Source: Takakia lepidozioides
Taxonomy: Eukaryota; Plantae; Bryophyta
Assembly (NCBI GenBank): GCA_030704615.1
Contig: CM060734.1
Coordinates: 52,700,001 to 52,764,000, forward strand
Direction: 5' to 3'
Length of the DNA stretch: 64,000 bases
The notes under the pieces are model-generated. The model had not been told where the DNA came from. It ran no database searches and worked only from the letters and a program-made list of their open reading frames with translations. The number at the start of each line of letters is the position of its first letter. The first letter of the stretch is position 1. This document shows positions 1 to 10,924 of the stretch, one piece after another. Both the position numbers and the translations under genes were made by a program.

Positions 1-739
1 CCAACCTTTGCAAGCATCATTGTGCGCTTGGAGGCCATTCTATCAAATCGAGAAAAATTCGGAAGTCCCATGGAAATATTTCCGGGAAATTGATGTACCA
101 TTCTCTGATTTTGCAACCTCACCTTTCAAATAGTGGATAGCTTCCAGTCAAGGCTCTACATGTATATTTTGTAAGAATATAATTACTCCTCTAGTTGCCT
201 CTTATAGAAATGAGCGTATGCAATATTCAAACACTTTCAATTGGTGATACTTGTACACCAATGCTGAAAAAGTTAAAATTTTGGGGTTGGTCTTTTACAG
301 ACTGAAATGCGTCTGTGTGACCTCTTAGGGCCTCTACTTGTACTTAGCCCTTGGCAAAGCCTGCCTAGTATGAAAAGCGCAGACCTCTTGGGCGTGATGT
401 GGCACAAAGAAGCTGTTAAGATGAATCAATCTGTCACTCCACTTCTTTTCTCTTTTTCAAGCCTTTGTCATCCTTTGGGGGAAAAGGGCCGGTAAGAAGC
501 CCTACATCTCTCCCACAAACTGTCACAAGGAGAAGAGTGTACGTGGATTGGAGGGAGCAGACTGCAGTTGAAGCTTCACAACTAATTCACTCCTTTCCCC
601 TTTTCTTATTTTCACTCCTCCCAGACTAAAAGGTTTTAAAAGCAAAGCAGAGTGGAGGGATTGTCTAATTTCCTAAACTTCCCCGGTTCAGACTGGCTAC
701 TCAAATGGCTACTCAAGGCTGTCTCTCTAATCAAGCTCA

Positions 740-831
740 TTACAGATCATATTCACTTTCATTTTCAAGCTTTGAGGAAGCTCCACCATCCACACCAGAA
801 TTAGGACCACACTCTGATTTCCCACTACGGG
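740..831 (-). other. Relict or alternative terminal exon of the PDF gene (..GGASSKLENESEYDL*)
   Basis: Homologous in DNA and peptide to 5291-5345 (GGAPPKVADESEYDPQ*) and ~27946-27993 (GGASPKLEDGGEYEF*). A phase-compatible AG acceptor lies at 833-832. Confidence 0.45.
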
Positions 832-973
832 CTATCAGAAGGTTGATATGCCAGATGAATGCCCTCAACAGTACATCATAGCCATATATCTCAGGAAATG
901 GTAGATCAACCAAGTAGCTACGCAGATCAATGAATGAAGCAAGACACTCGCACCTTTCTAGTAACACATCGTT

Positions 974-3900
974 TCACCAGTAATCCCCACAAGAGCAAAC
1001 CCCATCTTCGAAATGGTGAAAGCGGTTAGCATCCCGTACAACAATTACTCGGCCAACAATCTTGGAGATGAACTTGATGGCGGTGTGACAGTCGCCACAC
1101 ACCCGAAGATTCTTGATGAGACGGAGAGGGGTCCCACGGGCCGTGCTGATCAGCCCAAAACCAATGGCCAGCTTCTCACTGTGGTGGCAAAGACAAAATT
1201 CCTTCTGCTCCTCACCCACATCATGCAATACAAAGCGCGTGTCAGGCACATACCCTGCCTCCTTCATCTCCCCTGACAATCTCCTCAGCTCAGCATGGAT
1301 ATCCTCAATTTTTGGATGCAATCTGTCATCTACAACAAAGGTGTGCACCCTGTTGTTGACCTCAATGCAGCAGCAACCTGGCTCCTTTCTGACCCCTCTG
1401 GCCTTCATTAATTTTCTCACCTTTGCACTATCATCCCACCTGCCAGCTGCGGCATAGATGTTTGATAGCAACACATAAGTTGCAGCGTCCTGTTCATCCC
1501 ACTTGAGAATAGATGTTGCCGCACGTTCAGCTATCTCCACATTGCAATGGATCCTGCAGGCCCCAAGCAAGGCCCGCCACACCACATCATTTGGTTTGAT
1601 TGGCATTTTGTTAATAAAGTCCTCTGCCTCATCCAATTGCCCCGCCCGGCCAAGAAGATCCACCATGCAGCCAAAGTGTTCCAGTGCTGGAGTGATGCCA
1701 TGATCTTGACTCAGGGAGTCAAAGTAGTATCTGCCTTCATCCACTAGACCAGCATGGCTACATGCAGAGAGAACACATATAAAAGTGATACTATTCAGCT
1801 TCAAGCCTTCCGCTTGCATTTCTTTCAATAGTTGCAGGACCTCCATATCATAACCATGCTGGGCATATCCTGCGATCATCACATTCCAGGACACAAGATT
1901 TCGTTCAGCCATATTGTCAAACACTCCCTTTGCATCCTTTATGCTTCCACCTTTGGCGTACATGTCCACGAGGGTATTGTTCAGAATGACATCTGGTACG
2001 ATACCAGCTTTCATGATGTCACCATGGACCTCTTTGCCCTTTTCCAGGGTTGCCAGGCTCGCACACGCATTGCAAATACAAACGAACGTGACCCGGTCCG
2101 GCTGCACACCTTCCCGCATCATTAGCTTGTAGGTCTCCAAAGCCTCCATCCCACACCCATGCTGTGCATATCCTGCGATCATGGTGTTCCAGGACACTAC
2201 GTCTCGTTCAGCCATATTGTCAAACTCTCTCTTTGCAGCTTTGATGCTGCCACATTTGGCGTACATGTCCACAAGGGTATTGCTCAGAATGACATCTGGT
2301 ATGATTCCAGCTTTGATGATGTCACCATGAACCCCTATGCCCTTTTCCAGGGCTGCCAGGCTTGCACACGCATTGCAAATACAAACGAACATGACCAGGT
2401 CTGGCTTCACCCCTTCCCGCATCATTTGATCATAGGTTTCCAAAGCCTCCATCCCGCACCCATGCTGGGCATATCCTGCGATCATTGCACTCCAGGACAC
2501 CACATTTCGTTCAGCCATATTCTCAAACACTCCCTTTGCATCCTCGATGCTGCCACATTTGGCATACATGTCCACAAGGGTATTGTCCAGAATGACATCT
2601 GGTACGATTCCTGCTTTGATGATGTCACCATGGACCTCTTTGGCCTTTTCCAGGGCTGCCAGGCTTGCACACGCATTGCAAATACAAATGAACGTGACCC
2701 GGTCCGGCTGCACACCTTCCTGCATCATTTGCTCATAGGTCTTGAAAGCCTCTATCACGCACCCATGCTGGGCATATCCTGTGATCATTGCGTTCCAGGA
2801 CACTACATCTCGTTCAGCCATTGTGTCGAACACTCCCTTTGCAGCTTCGATGCTGCCACATTTGGCATACATGTCCACAAGGGTATTGTTCAGAATGACA
2901 TCTGGTACAATTCCAGCTTTGATCATGTCACCATGGACCTCTTTGCCCTTTTCCAAGGCCGCCAGGCTCGCACACGCATTGCAAATGCAAACAAATGAGA
3001 TTCGATCTGGCTTCACCCCTTCCCGCATCATTTGCTCATATGTCTCCAAAGCCTCCATCCCGCACCCATGCTGCGCATATCCTGCAATCATTGCACTCCA
3101 GGACACCACATTTTGTTCAGCCATACTCTCAAACACTCCCTTTGCATCCTCGATGCTGCCACATTTGGCATACATGTCCACAAGGGTATTGTTCAGGACG
3201 ACATCTGGTACAATTCCGGCTTTGATCATGTCACCATGGACCTCTTTGCCCTTTTCCAGGGCTGCCAGGCTCGCACAAGCATTGCAAACGCAAACAAACG
3301 TGACCCGGTCTGGCTTCACCCCTTCCCACATCATTTGCTCATAGGTCTCCAATGCCTCCATTCCGCACCCATTCTGGGCATATCCTGCTATCATCGCATT
3401 CCAGGACACCACATTTCGTTCTGCCATATTGTCAAACACTCGCTTTGCATCATCGATGCTCCCACATTTGGCATACATTTTCATCAGGGCAGTGTTCAAA
3501 ATCACATCTGGTACAAGTCCAGCATTGACTATGTGACCATGGACCTTTCTGCCCTTTTCCAGGTCTGCCAGGCTCGCACATGCAGTGCAAATGCAAACGA
3601 AAGTGATGTGGTTGGGCTTCACCCCTTCCTGCATCATTTGCTCGTAAGTCTCCAAGGCATCCTCACCACATCCATGCTTGGCAAACCCTGCCATCATTAT
3701 GTTCCACGTGATCAAACCTCGTTCAGGCATCTTTTTGAACACTTGGTGTGCATCCACAAGGCTCCGGCATTTCACATACATGTTGACAAGAGTGTTCTGT
3801 AGAAAAATGTTTGGCTTGAATCCACTTTGGATAATGTGAGCATGCACCTGTTTTCCCGCTTCCAGGCCTTTCATCTTGATGCACTTATGCAAGAGACAGA

Positions 3901-6209
3901 CATAAGTATCTGAATCTGCTGAACTGCCTCCTTGGTTCAAAATCTGTAGAGCCTCTTTCAGTTGCCCAGCCTCACAGAGCGTCCTCACATGCCCAGATGT
4001 GCCAGAAGAGCTATTATGGATTCGCTCTCTTGGTCCTATTTTGGAAGCTGTGGTCATGATGGAGGTGCCTGATTTTATGACCTGTGCTGCTGCTTCTGCT
4101 TTCAGTTGACCATCTACCCATGCAGGTTTCGTGTAGCTATTATTCCACAGGGATTCATAGGTACTCTTGGGCTTAAAATCTGGCCCACTCGGATGAGTCT
4201 GGACCCACACTCCATCCCTACTCCTTCAGCTATCCCTGCCTCCGCACCAATAATGCATCGGTTCACCCCTTGCTGCTAGCACCTGACAATGACAACCTAA
4301 AAAGTTTCTAGAGAACACCCCAACCCTCCTTATCACAAAAATACTATCCTGAATTACTCCCAAGACTCTAAAAATCTGCTGGGGAGAGAGAGGACGACAC
4401 TTTCAAAGAAAGCTTCGCAATTCATGCTTCTCTCTGTAATTTAGCAGGCATTCACCTTTTTGCCTCGATTGTCCCATCTTTGACTTGGGTCTGAAAAACA
4501 TTCCATCCAAAACTTCTCGCCTCTGTTTTCTGTTTTAGGATAATTGCCTGTTGCCACATTTGGCAGTAGCATGTCAAAATCACCCCAAACCACTTTAGAT
4601 CCCAACGAGCTAACTTGAAGAAATCAACATGAAAAACAAATTAGGGACATCTCTGATAAGAGGGCAAAACAGGCTGAAATGTGTTAAAGAAGAAGGTGTC
4701 CTCACCACATTGTCCTTGACCTTGTGTCATGAAAGCAGCTAGCTCTTTTTTCACCCAAGGAGGATTCAACCAACCATCAACCCAAAGAACCTCTTGTTTG
4801 CGCTGTTTGTGTCCGTAGTCAGGTGATCTCGGATTGGTCTGTCAGAACCACCACAGTGCAGCTGAATAGATTTAAATACGGCCTCTTAAGACCAAGCTGA
4901 CCGTCCCAAGGACCATGCAAACACCAGGAAAAGAACAAATCCCGATACTGACAGGAAGAGCCTATTTTTGCAGAGCGGAAAACTTCTTCACATCATACAT
5001 TAAGAAAGTCACACCTTGCCATTGCGGTTGTCCCACCACTGCGAAGGATCTTCAAAAAACTCATGCCAGCACTTCTCCATGCTCCATGGTAGTCCTTCAT
5101 GCCCAAAACTCCGACAGCATCAACACTTTGACAGGCTCCTTTATGGAGGAGTGCTAATGGAGCTTTCAACAACATTCATGCAAATCACTGTGGGCTCCAT
5201 TGGACTCTACATTGCGAGGATCCAAACATGTCCAAACTTTCACTGCCTCTAAACAAGCTTGTGCATGACAAGGCTGCCGCTCTAATCAGATCACTGTGGG
5301 TCATACTCACTTTCATCTGCAACCTTCGGAGGAGCTCCACCAGAATCACAATCACAATCCAATATCTGTCCACCATCACCAGACTGTTCTTGATCTTGTG
5401 GCATGACAATGAGTGTTTCTTTCACCCAAGGAGGATCGACCCAACTCTTCATCCACAAGCCCCCATGTGTGCACTGTTTATGTCTGTAGTCTGGAGATGT
5501 GGAAGTGGTCTGTGAAAATGAGCAGGGAGCAGCTGAGCAACCACAGCATCGACCCTCTTGCAAACTCCAGGGAAGACCCAGGACCCTGCGCATCCTAGTT
5601 TCATGTCCTGCTTAGGAAGACCTTGTGCATCCTACTTTCATGCCCGGTTGAGGAAGAACAAACTAAGATATTGACAGTAAAAGCAGATTCCAATTTCACT
5701 CCCTCAGACTCCTTCACATCATACATGAGGAAAGCTCACCTCGACAACGCAGTCCCACCAATGTGAAGGATCTTTGAACTCCTGCCAGCGCTGTTCCATG
5801 CTCCGGCATTGACCTACGTGCCAGATATACCAAATATCGGCTTGTCTAACTATCACATGTGCTTTCTTGCTTCTCTGCCCAGTACATTCGTTTCTGCTTC
5901 TTTGCTCAAAAGACAAGTCCAAGCCTCGATACAACAAAAACGACGTCAAGAAAGGAAACCCTAAAATGTTGTGTTATCACCTAATTTGAATGGCATCCCT
6001 GAAGATTGGCGAGGCACCATAGCAACCACATGCAAGGGATTCCGTCCCCTGCGAATTGCCAAGGTGGATGCCGCTTTCAGCTCCACACCCCAGCCCGTTA
6101 ATCCGCTGCATGAAGCGGGGCCTCTCGCATGACCCAAGCGAGAGGCCAGGGCTTTGGGTATGGGGTCTGCATCCCCGGTCAAGAGAACGCCGGGAGACGC
6201 TGCTGCCAT
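974..6209 (-). CDS. Organelle-targeted fusion protein: transit peptide + 3 OSB-type PDF ssDNA-binding motifs + PLS-class PPR array (~23 motifs) + E1/E2 + DYW cytidine deaminase. Proposed exons 6209-5981, 5813-5740, 5509-5380, 5094-5015, 4838-4706, 4613-4456, 4198-974 (1342 aa)
   Basis: ORF 974-4210 has P-L-S triplets, PG box (KEPGCCCIEV), HSEKLA, CGDCH and terminal CSCGDYW. The upstream GT-AG exons join in frame (lengths 229,74,130,80,133,158,3225; sum 4029). They encode WQEFKDPSHWWDC..|TTSTSPDYRHK..LW..PPWVKETL, WHEFFEDPSQWWDNRNGK|TNPRSPDYGHK..LWVDGWLNPPWVKKEL and WMECFSDPSQRWDNRGKK|THPSGPDFKPK..LW..PAWVDGQL. Exon 1 is Ala/Ser/Arg-rich. The PPR-DYW part is certain; the upstream exon linkage is inferred. 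Confidence 0.85.
1860..3790 (-). repeat. Tandem ~303-bp P-L-S triplet repeats of the PPR array
   Basis: Near-identical 101-aa units (VVSW..AGYAQHG..GVKPD / RVTFVCICNACASLAALEKG / VILNNTLVDMYAKCGSIEDAKGVF) visible in DNA and protein. Confidence 0.95.
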
Positions 6210-6460
6210 CCCCGCCCGTGAGTGAAAAGGAGGCAGAAGATATGTTTCGGTCCGCGTACTCCCAACTCCGATGCAAGAAACGATTGCAACAGCAGAATCT
6301 ACTGCACCACAAACTGACATCCTGCTTCACAGATCGATCTCTACGACCGAGACTCCTCTCCCACGAGGCTCCTTTCCTTCACAGCACAGAGTAAATATAC
6401 AGGCCTCTCCTCCCTCTCCCCCACATCTCTCTCGTCTCCTATCTCTCTCAGTGAAGAGGC

Positions 6461-6597
6461 CTTCACCCTTAGACAATCACTATGAGCAATTTTGGCTATG
6501 GTTTTTGTTTCCTCTCACCTGTTTTCTTCCATTTTGTCCCATAAGCTCTATGAGCTTTCCGCGGTAGTCATAAAGCACCATTTCATTTCATTTCTCT
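6461..6597 (+). mobile_element. 3' end of non-L1 LINE family A with (CATTT)n tail
   Basis: cttcacccttagacaatcac...cccataagctctatgagctttccgcgg...aaagcaccatttcatttcatttc; matches 52730-52875, 59525-59632 and inverted 46655-46950. Confidence 0.8.
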
Positions 6598-7502
6598 CTT
6601 GGCAGCTTTTCTGTACCAAGCTTGGGCCTGTGGGCAATCCATTGAGCAGTAGTCTGCTTCTGGCTCCGCTCTTTCTTTCTACTGACATCCCTTTTGAACT
6701 ACTACTTCACAGTCATGAAGATTTCTCTCATTGGAATTCCCTCATTGAAAAACACATTGTAGGCATAGAACAATCAGAATCTCAGGGACAGCTCACCTTT
6801 ATTAAAAATACAAAGTGAAATGCTTTCTTACATCTCCATACTTCTAATCGCAATTATTACCAAGTCTCTTGATATGATACCAGTGGGAGATGTCAGCCAC
6901 ACAGATATTTGTGTATGTACTTGCAAGTTTTGCTGAAAAATGATCTAGATCCTAGTTCCACCTTGCTACATACAAGAGGATCAAACCAACACTCAGCCCC
7001 TTCCATGTGAAGGGAGGAATTCTCCCCATAGACACACTGCCCCAAATGGACACTTCCGTCCAATAACTTGGAGTGGGTACCCAACTTACATCTGGTGGGT
7101 CAGCAAAATCAAAACTATGCCAAACTCTGACTGGCAGCACCAGCGAGCCAGTGGTGCTGAGCCAGTGACCGAGAGCTGAACATTCCCAAGAGAAAAAGGG
7201 AAGGCAAAGGTCCCTCCAAGTTTCTTGATTTCGACGCACATGAATCGCAAAATACAAAGATGTCTGTTGAGAGGAGGAAAAAAAGACGGTCCATATTGCA
7301 GCAGCAGTGTCCATCTCTCCCCAATCCTCCACCACAGCGCCCAAGGTGAAAAAATGCCCCTAGCGGGATAACAATGCAACTAAGGAACCCACTTGCTGGG
7401 CTAACCTCCCTCTAGTCTCTAGAAAGAGATACCCACTGTTTCTGTCATGACATCTACAGAGCTGCAGATAGGATCCCTCAACGCAAAAAGAGAAGCTTTG
7501 AA

Positions 7503-9971
7503 TCAAGCAACTGGAGGCCTGAGAACATGGTCTTGTGAAGTATCCACCGCAGCAGGTGGCATCCATTGCCACATTGCCATGCCTGGATACCCTGCCACAG
7601 GTGGTGCCTTGTTTGATGCTCCTTGTGTTTGTGCAGCAAAGGCTGCAGCTGCAGCATGAATGGCTGCTGGATGCGGCATGTATCCTGCTGGGATTGTCAT
7701 AGCCTTAACTTGCTGCTCCAACCTTTCCTTGTCAGCTTTCAGTCTCATCTTCTCATCTCGTAGCTCATTCTTCTCTGTCTGAAAAGACATCCCAACACAT
7801 GGTTCTATGATCCGACAACCGTAATCTAAGGCATAGTCAAGCTTTCATCGACAAACACACCTTTTCATGTGGGTATTTCTTTTGAGACACAGAAGAACAG
7901 ACAGACACGACTGCAAACCCTCCACAAGGGCAATGAGAATAAAAAGACCTCCAGATTAGAGAGGTGCACAATGAATTCTGAGTGGAACTCAAACCAGGGA
8001 TACTTGAAGCCGAACCCACCATCCCATGACGGGAGACCAAACAGAATACATCAATGACAGGGAAGGCTCGATTAGGAACTGAACCTTCAAATCCTTGATG
8101 GCGTCCCGCAGCTGATTGTTTGACTCTTGGAGCTGTTGAGCCTCAGAGCGAAGCTGGTTGACGACACGCACTGCGTCCGCCAATATAGTAGCCTTGTCTG
8201 TGTTGGGTGGCCTCCCAGGTTCCAGTGCTGAGCTCAACTCCAGAAACCTGCAGGAAAGCAAACACAGACCAATTCTCACAAGACTGAGCTGCAAACACTT
8301 TTGCTACAAAGCTTATCGGAGACAATATCTCACACAGCCATAAGCAGACCAAACAGAACTTTCAACAAACACAGTGAGGCAATAATACCCCATTGAAGAT
8401 GCCAAAAACAAGACAAAGAGGCCATGACCATGCTCAAATGTCATAGTCAATGCAACAACAACATTAAGCAATCTACAGTACTTCACATCAACTCAGTCAT
8501 CACACAGTCCTGCACAGAAACGTGCTGGGCCTCTTTCCCTTGATAGTCTGCATGCAAAGTCAATATCCAACTTCCTGATTGCTTCATCAAACTCCTTCCC
8601 AAAGATTTGTACAGCTATGTTCATCGTGGTCATGCAACACCTGATTATGCTGTTGGAGTAGAGACAACAAGGTGACATGCCAAGTGTAATCCGGTACTGA
8701 TGTCCATACAGACTGGATTTCAGGACACCATACACAAAGATAGCACATTAAAGATTAAATAAGAGAGAGAAAGCATAGTATCTAATGTCTGTCTTTCGTA
8801 CTACATCTGTAAGTATATGACATAGCCTCCATGACCCTTCATTTAGGTCCTATCACTACTAGCCTGTGATTGTACTCCTATGTCTGTTCCTGCAAATGAC
8901 GACTACTAACCTATCATTCAGTCGGTCTCGTCGCATCTTCTCCCGGCAAGCCTTACTGCCTGCTCCATTAAAACCCTCCTCTCGAGACCTGTACATGCAC
9001 CTCCCCATGTGACCCATCTCTTTACACTAACAAAACAATCACTTTCCAATCAAGTATGAAACTACTGCCCAGAATGCCCACAAACTTACCAATACAATGG
9101 ATAGCTTACACAAGCATCTGGGCACTTTCCACCGCCATTTAACTCTTCTAATGAGCATCATCCCACATGGCTTTCACTCGCTCTTCTCAGTGATTCCATA
9201 CATCTACAACAACTTCATGCACCTACACTGTCCGACAATAGCCTGAGCTGCAGCAAAGCCACTAATTATATGGACATGGTGTTGTTACTTGAGAAACTGA
9301 CTAGTTCACCTTTTCCTGGAACAGAGTTTGTCAGGAGCATCTGACTCCCCTTTCGAACACTCGTTATCGACACTGCACATGAGAACCACCATGAAAAGCC
9401 TGTCGGCTACGAAACCCGCAAGAACTACCCAATACACTTGACACTACAAAAAGCAGGACCTTCCGTGCTCCCTTACCTGACAAACCCAGTAACTTTCCAC
9501 AAAGTTGTTGCATGTTACATCCAGCCCTGGTCACCGCTGGGGGACTCAACGTCTAGTACTTGTACAATAGTAGTAGCAATAGAGACAGACAGAACAGCAG
9601 GAAAGCAAAGCACCATGACCTCTCCAAATGTCACATAGAGAGTGAACTAAGCTGCATCTCCGCTTAACCTCGGTAAATTCATGAAAGTCCCTTGATGAGA
9701 TCCCCTCAAGACTCCAGTCAGTTGAGTTCACTTCGCGGCTTATCCTCAGATACATGGCAGAACATGACATGACATACGCAACCAACGGAATCTTCTTTGT
9801 AAACTTGATTCAAGAAACCAGTAGACGAAACCGCTACCTGCAATCAGCTTGCTCCACGGGCTGCTGGCTGGAACACCAAAAGAAAGGATTAGAAGGGTGC
9901 ACTTCCTCCACGTCCAATAACCCCTCCGCCAGGTACGACATCCACTTGGTCGTGTTCGATGGGGAGGACAT
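7503..9971 (-). CDS. ILR3: bHLH-ZIP transcription factor, subgroup IVc (ILR3/bHLH105-like). Exons 9971-9838, 9372-9310, 8988-8911, 8247-8085, 7778-7503 (237 aa)
   Basis: GT-AG exons join in frame: MSSPSNTTKWMSYL.. SKACREKMRRDRLNDRFLELSSALEPGRPPNTDKATILADAVRVVNQLR.. EKNELRDEKMRLKADKERLEQQVK.. MWQWMPPAAVDTSQDHVLRPPVA*. This C-terminus is diagnostic of IVc; exact orthology among IVc members cannot be resolved by eye. Confidence 0.93.
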
Positions 9972-10924
9972 TATGTCTCTCACCGGACTCCAAACCCTCC
10001 AATCCAACCCTCGTCCCACAATCGATGACACCCCGGCTTACAGAGAGCAAAAGCTTTGCAGCAAAGGAGGAGACTGACACGTACTCAAATTGTCAGCACT
10101 GCATGACATCGCCCCGCTCTAGCCTAAACGTCGATCGCATGACATCGACTCAACCCCAGCCCAAACAAAACTGGTAGCTGCCGGAACATAACTCCCACAG
10201 CTTGCTTCTTGTGTGGGCTTAACGAATCAGAGGGATGTTTTTCGGACGATGCTTCGGAGCGCAGAGTGCGCGGCAGAGGTGCTAGGTCACGCTACAGCAG
10301 TTTCCATAGCCAGGCACGCTCACACAAGATATGTTCGGTCCGGAATGCACTGCTCGACGTACAATTCTGGAGACTAATCGGCCTAAAAATACTTACACTG
10401 CCAATTCTTTTGCCAAGCCTACTCTGATGGGTGGATCATGACCAGCTTCTCACTCGCTAATTCTTTTGAAATGAAACTTGGGTTTACATATTTGCAGCCA
10501 ATGACAAAACGGTCGTGCTCTCTTCGTAAGGCAGGACTAGGCAAAGGGTTTCAGCTGTTTTAGCACCGATACTTTCGATTACGCTCCGAATTCGATCGAG
10601 ACAGGTGTCACTAGAATATTCTGTCAATGACATCCCCTGGATGACCAGCTTCATGGTCACAAGGAGTTTTGTTTGGCCTTTACGTCGAGCTCAACTTCTT
10701 GTGCATGCCATGGATGAAAGTCAATTGGATATTACCTGCGTGCCACCGGGGTGATTCAGGGCTCAATGTTATCGTGATATTTATTAATAGACATTGTGTC
10801 ATCTTTCAGATTTTTACTACCTATTCATAATGACTATAGGGCAGGGCTTGCATGAATTCCATGCATTTGTTTTTTTTAATTATTATAAAAACCGGGGACA
10901 ACTGATAGATTTTATTTCAGATTA

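Noticed and set aside
974-1400. Possible U-to-C (DYW:KP) editing factor
   Set aside because: It has a canonical PG box, HSEKLA and a DYW terminus, i.e. the C-to-U type.
1013-3802. Long plus-strand ORFs (e.g. 2159-2998, 3032-3802)
   Set aside because: Antisense shadows of the repetitive PPR coding sequence.
4199-4210. ORF-track start 'MWVQ' for the PPR protein
   Set aside because: It is a GTG inside the predicted intron; the exon begins at 4198 and the likely start is ATG 6209.
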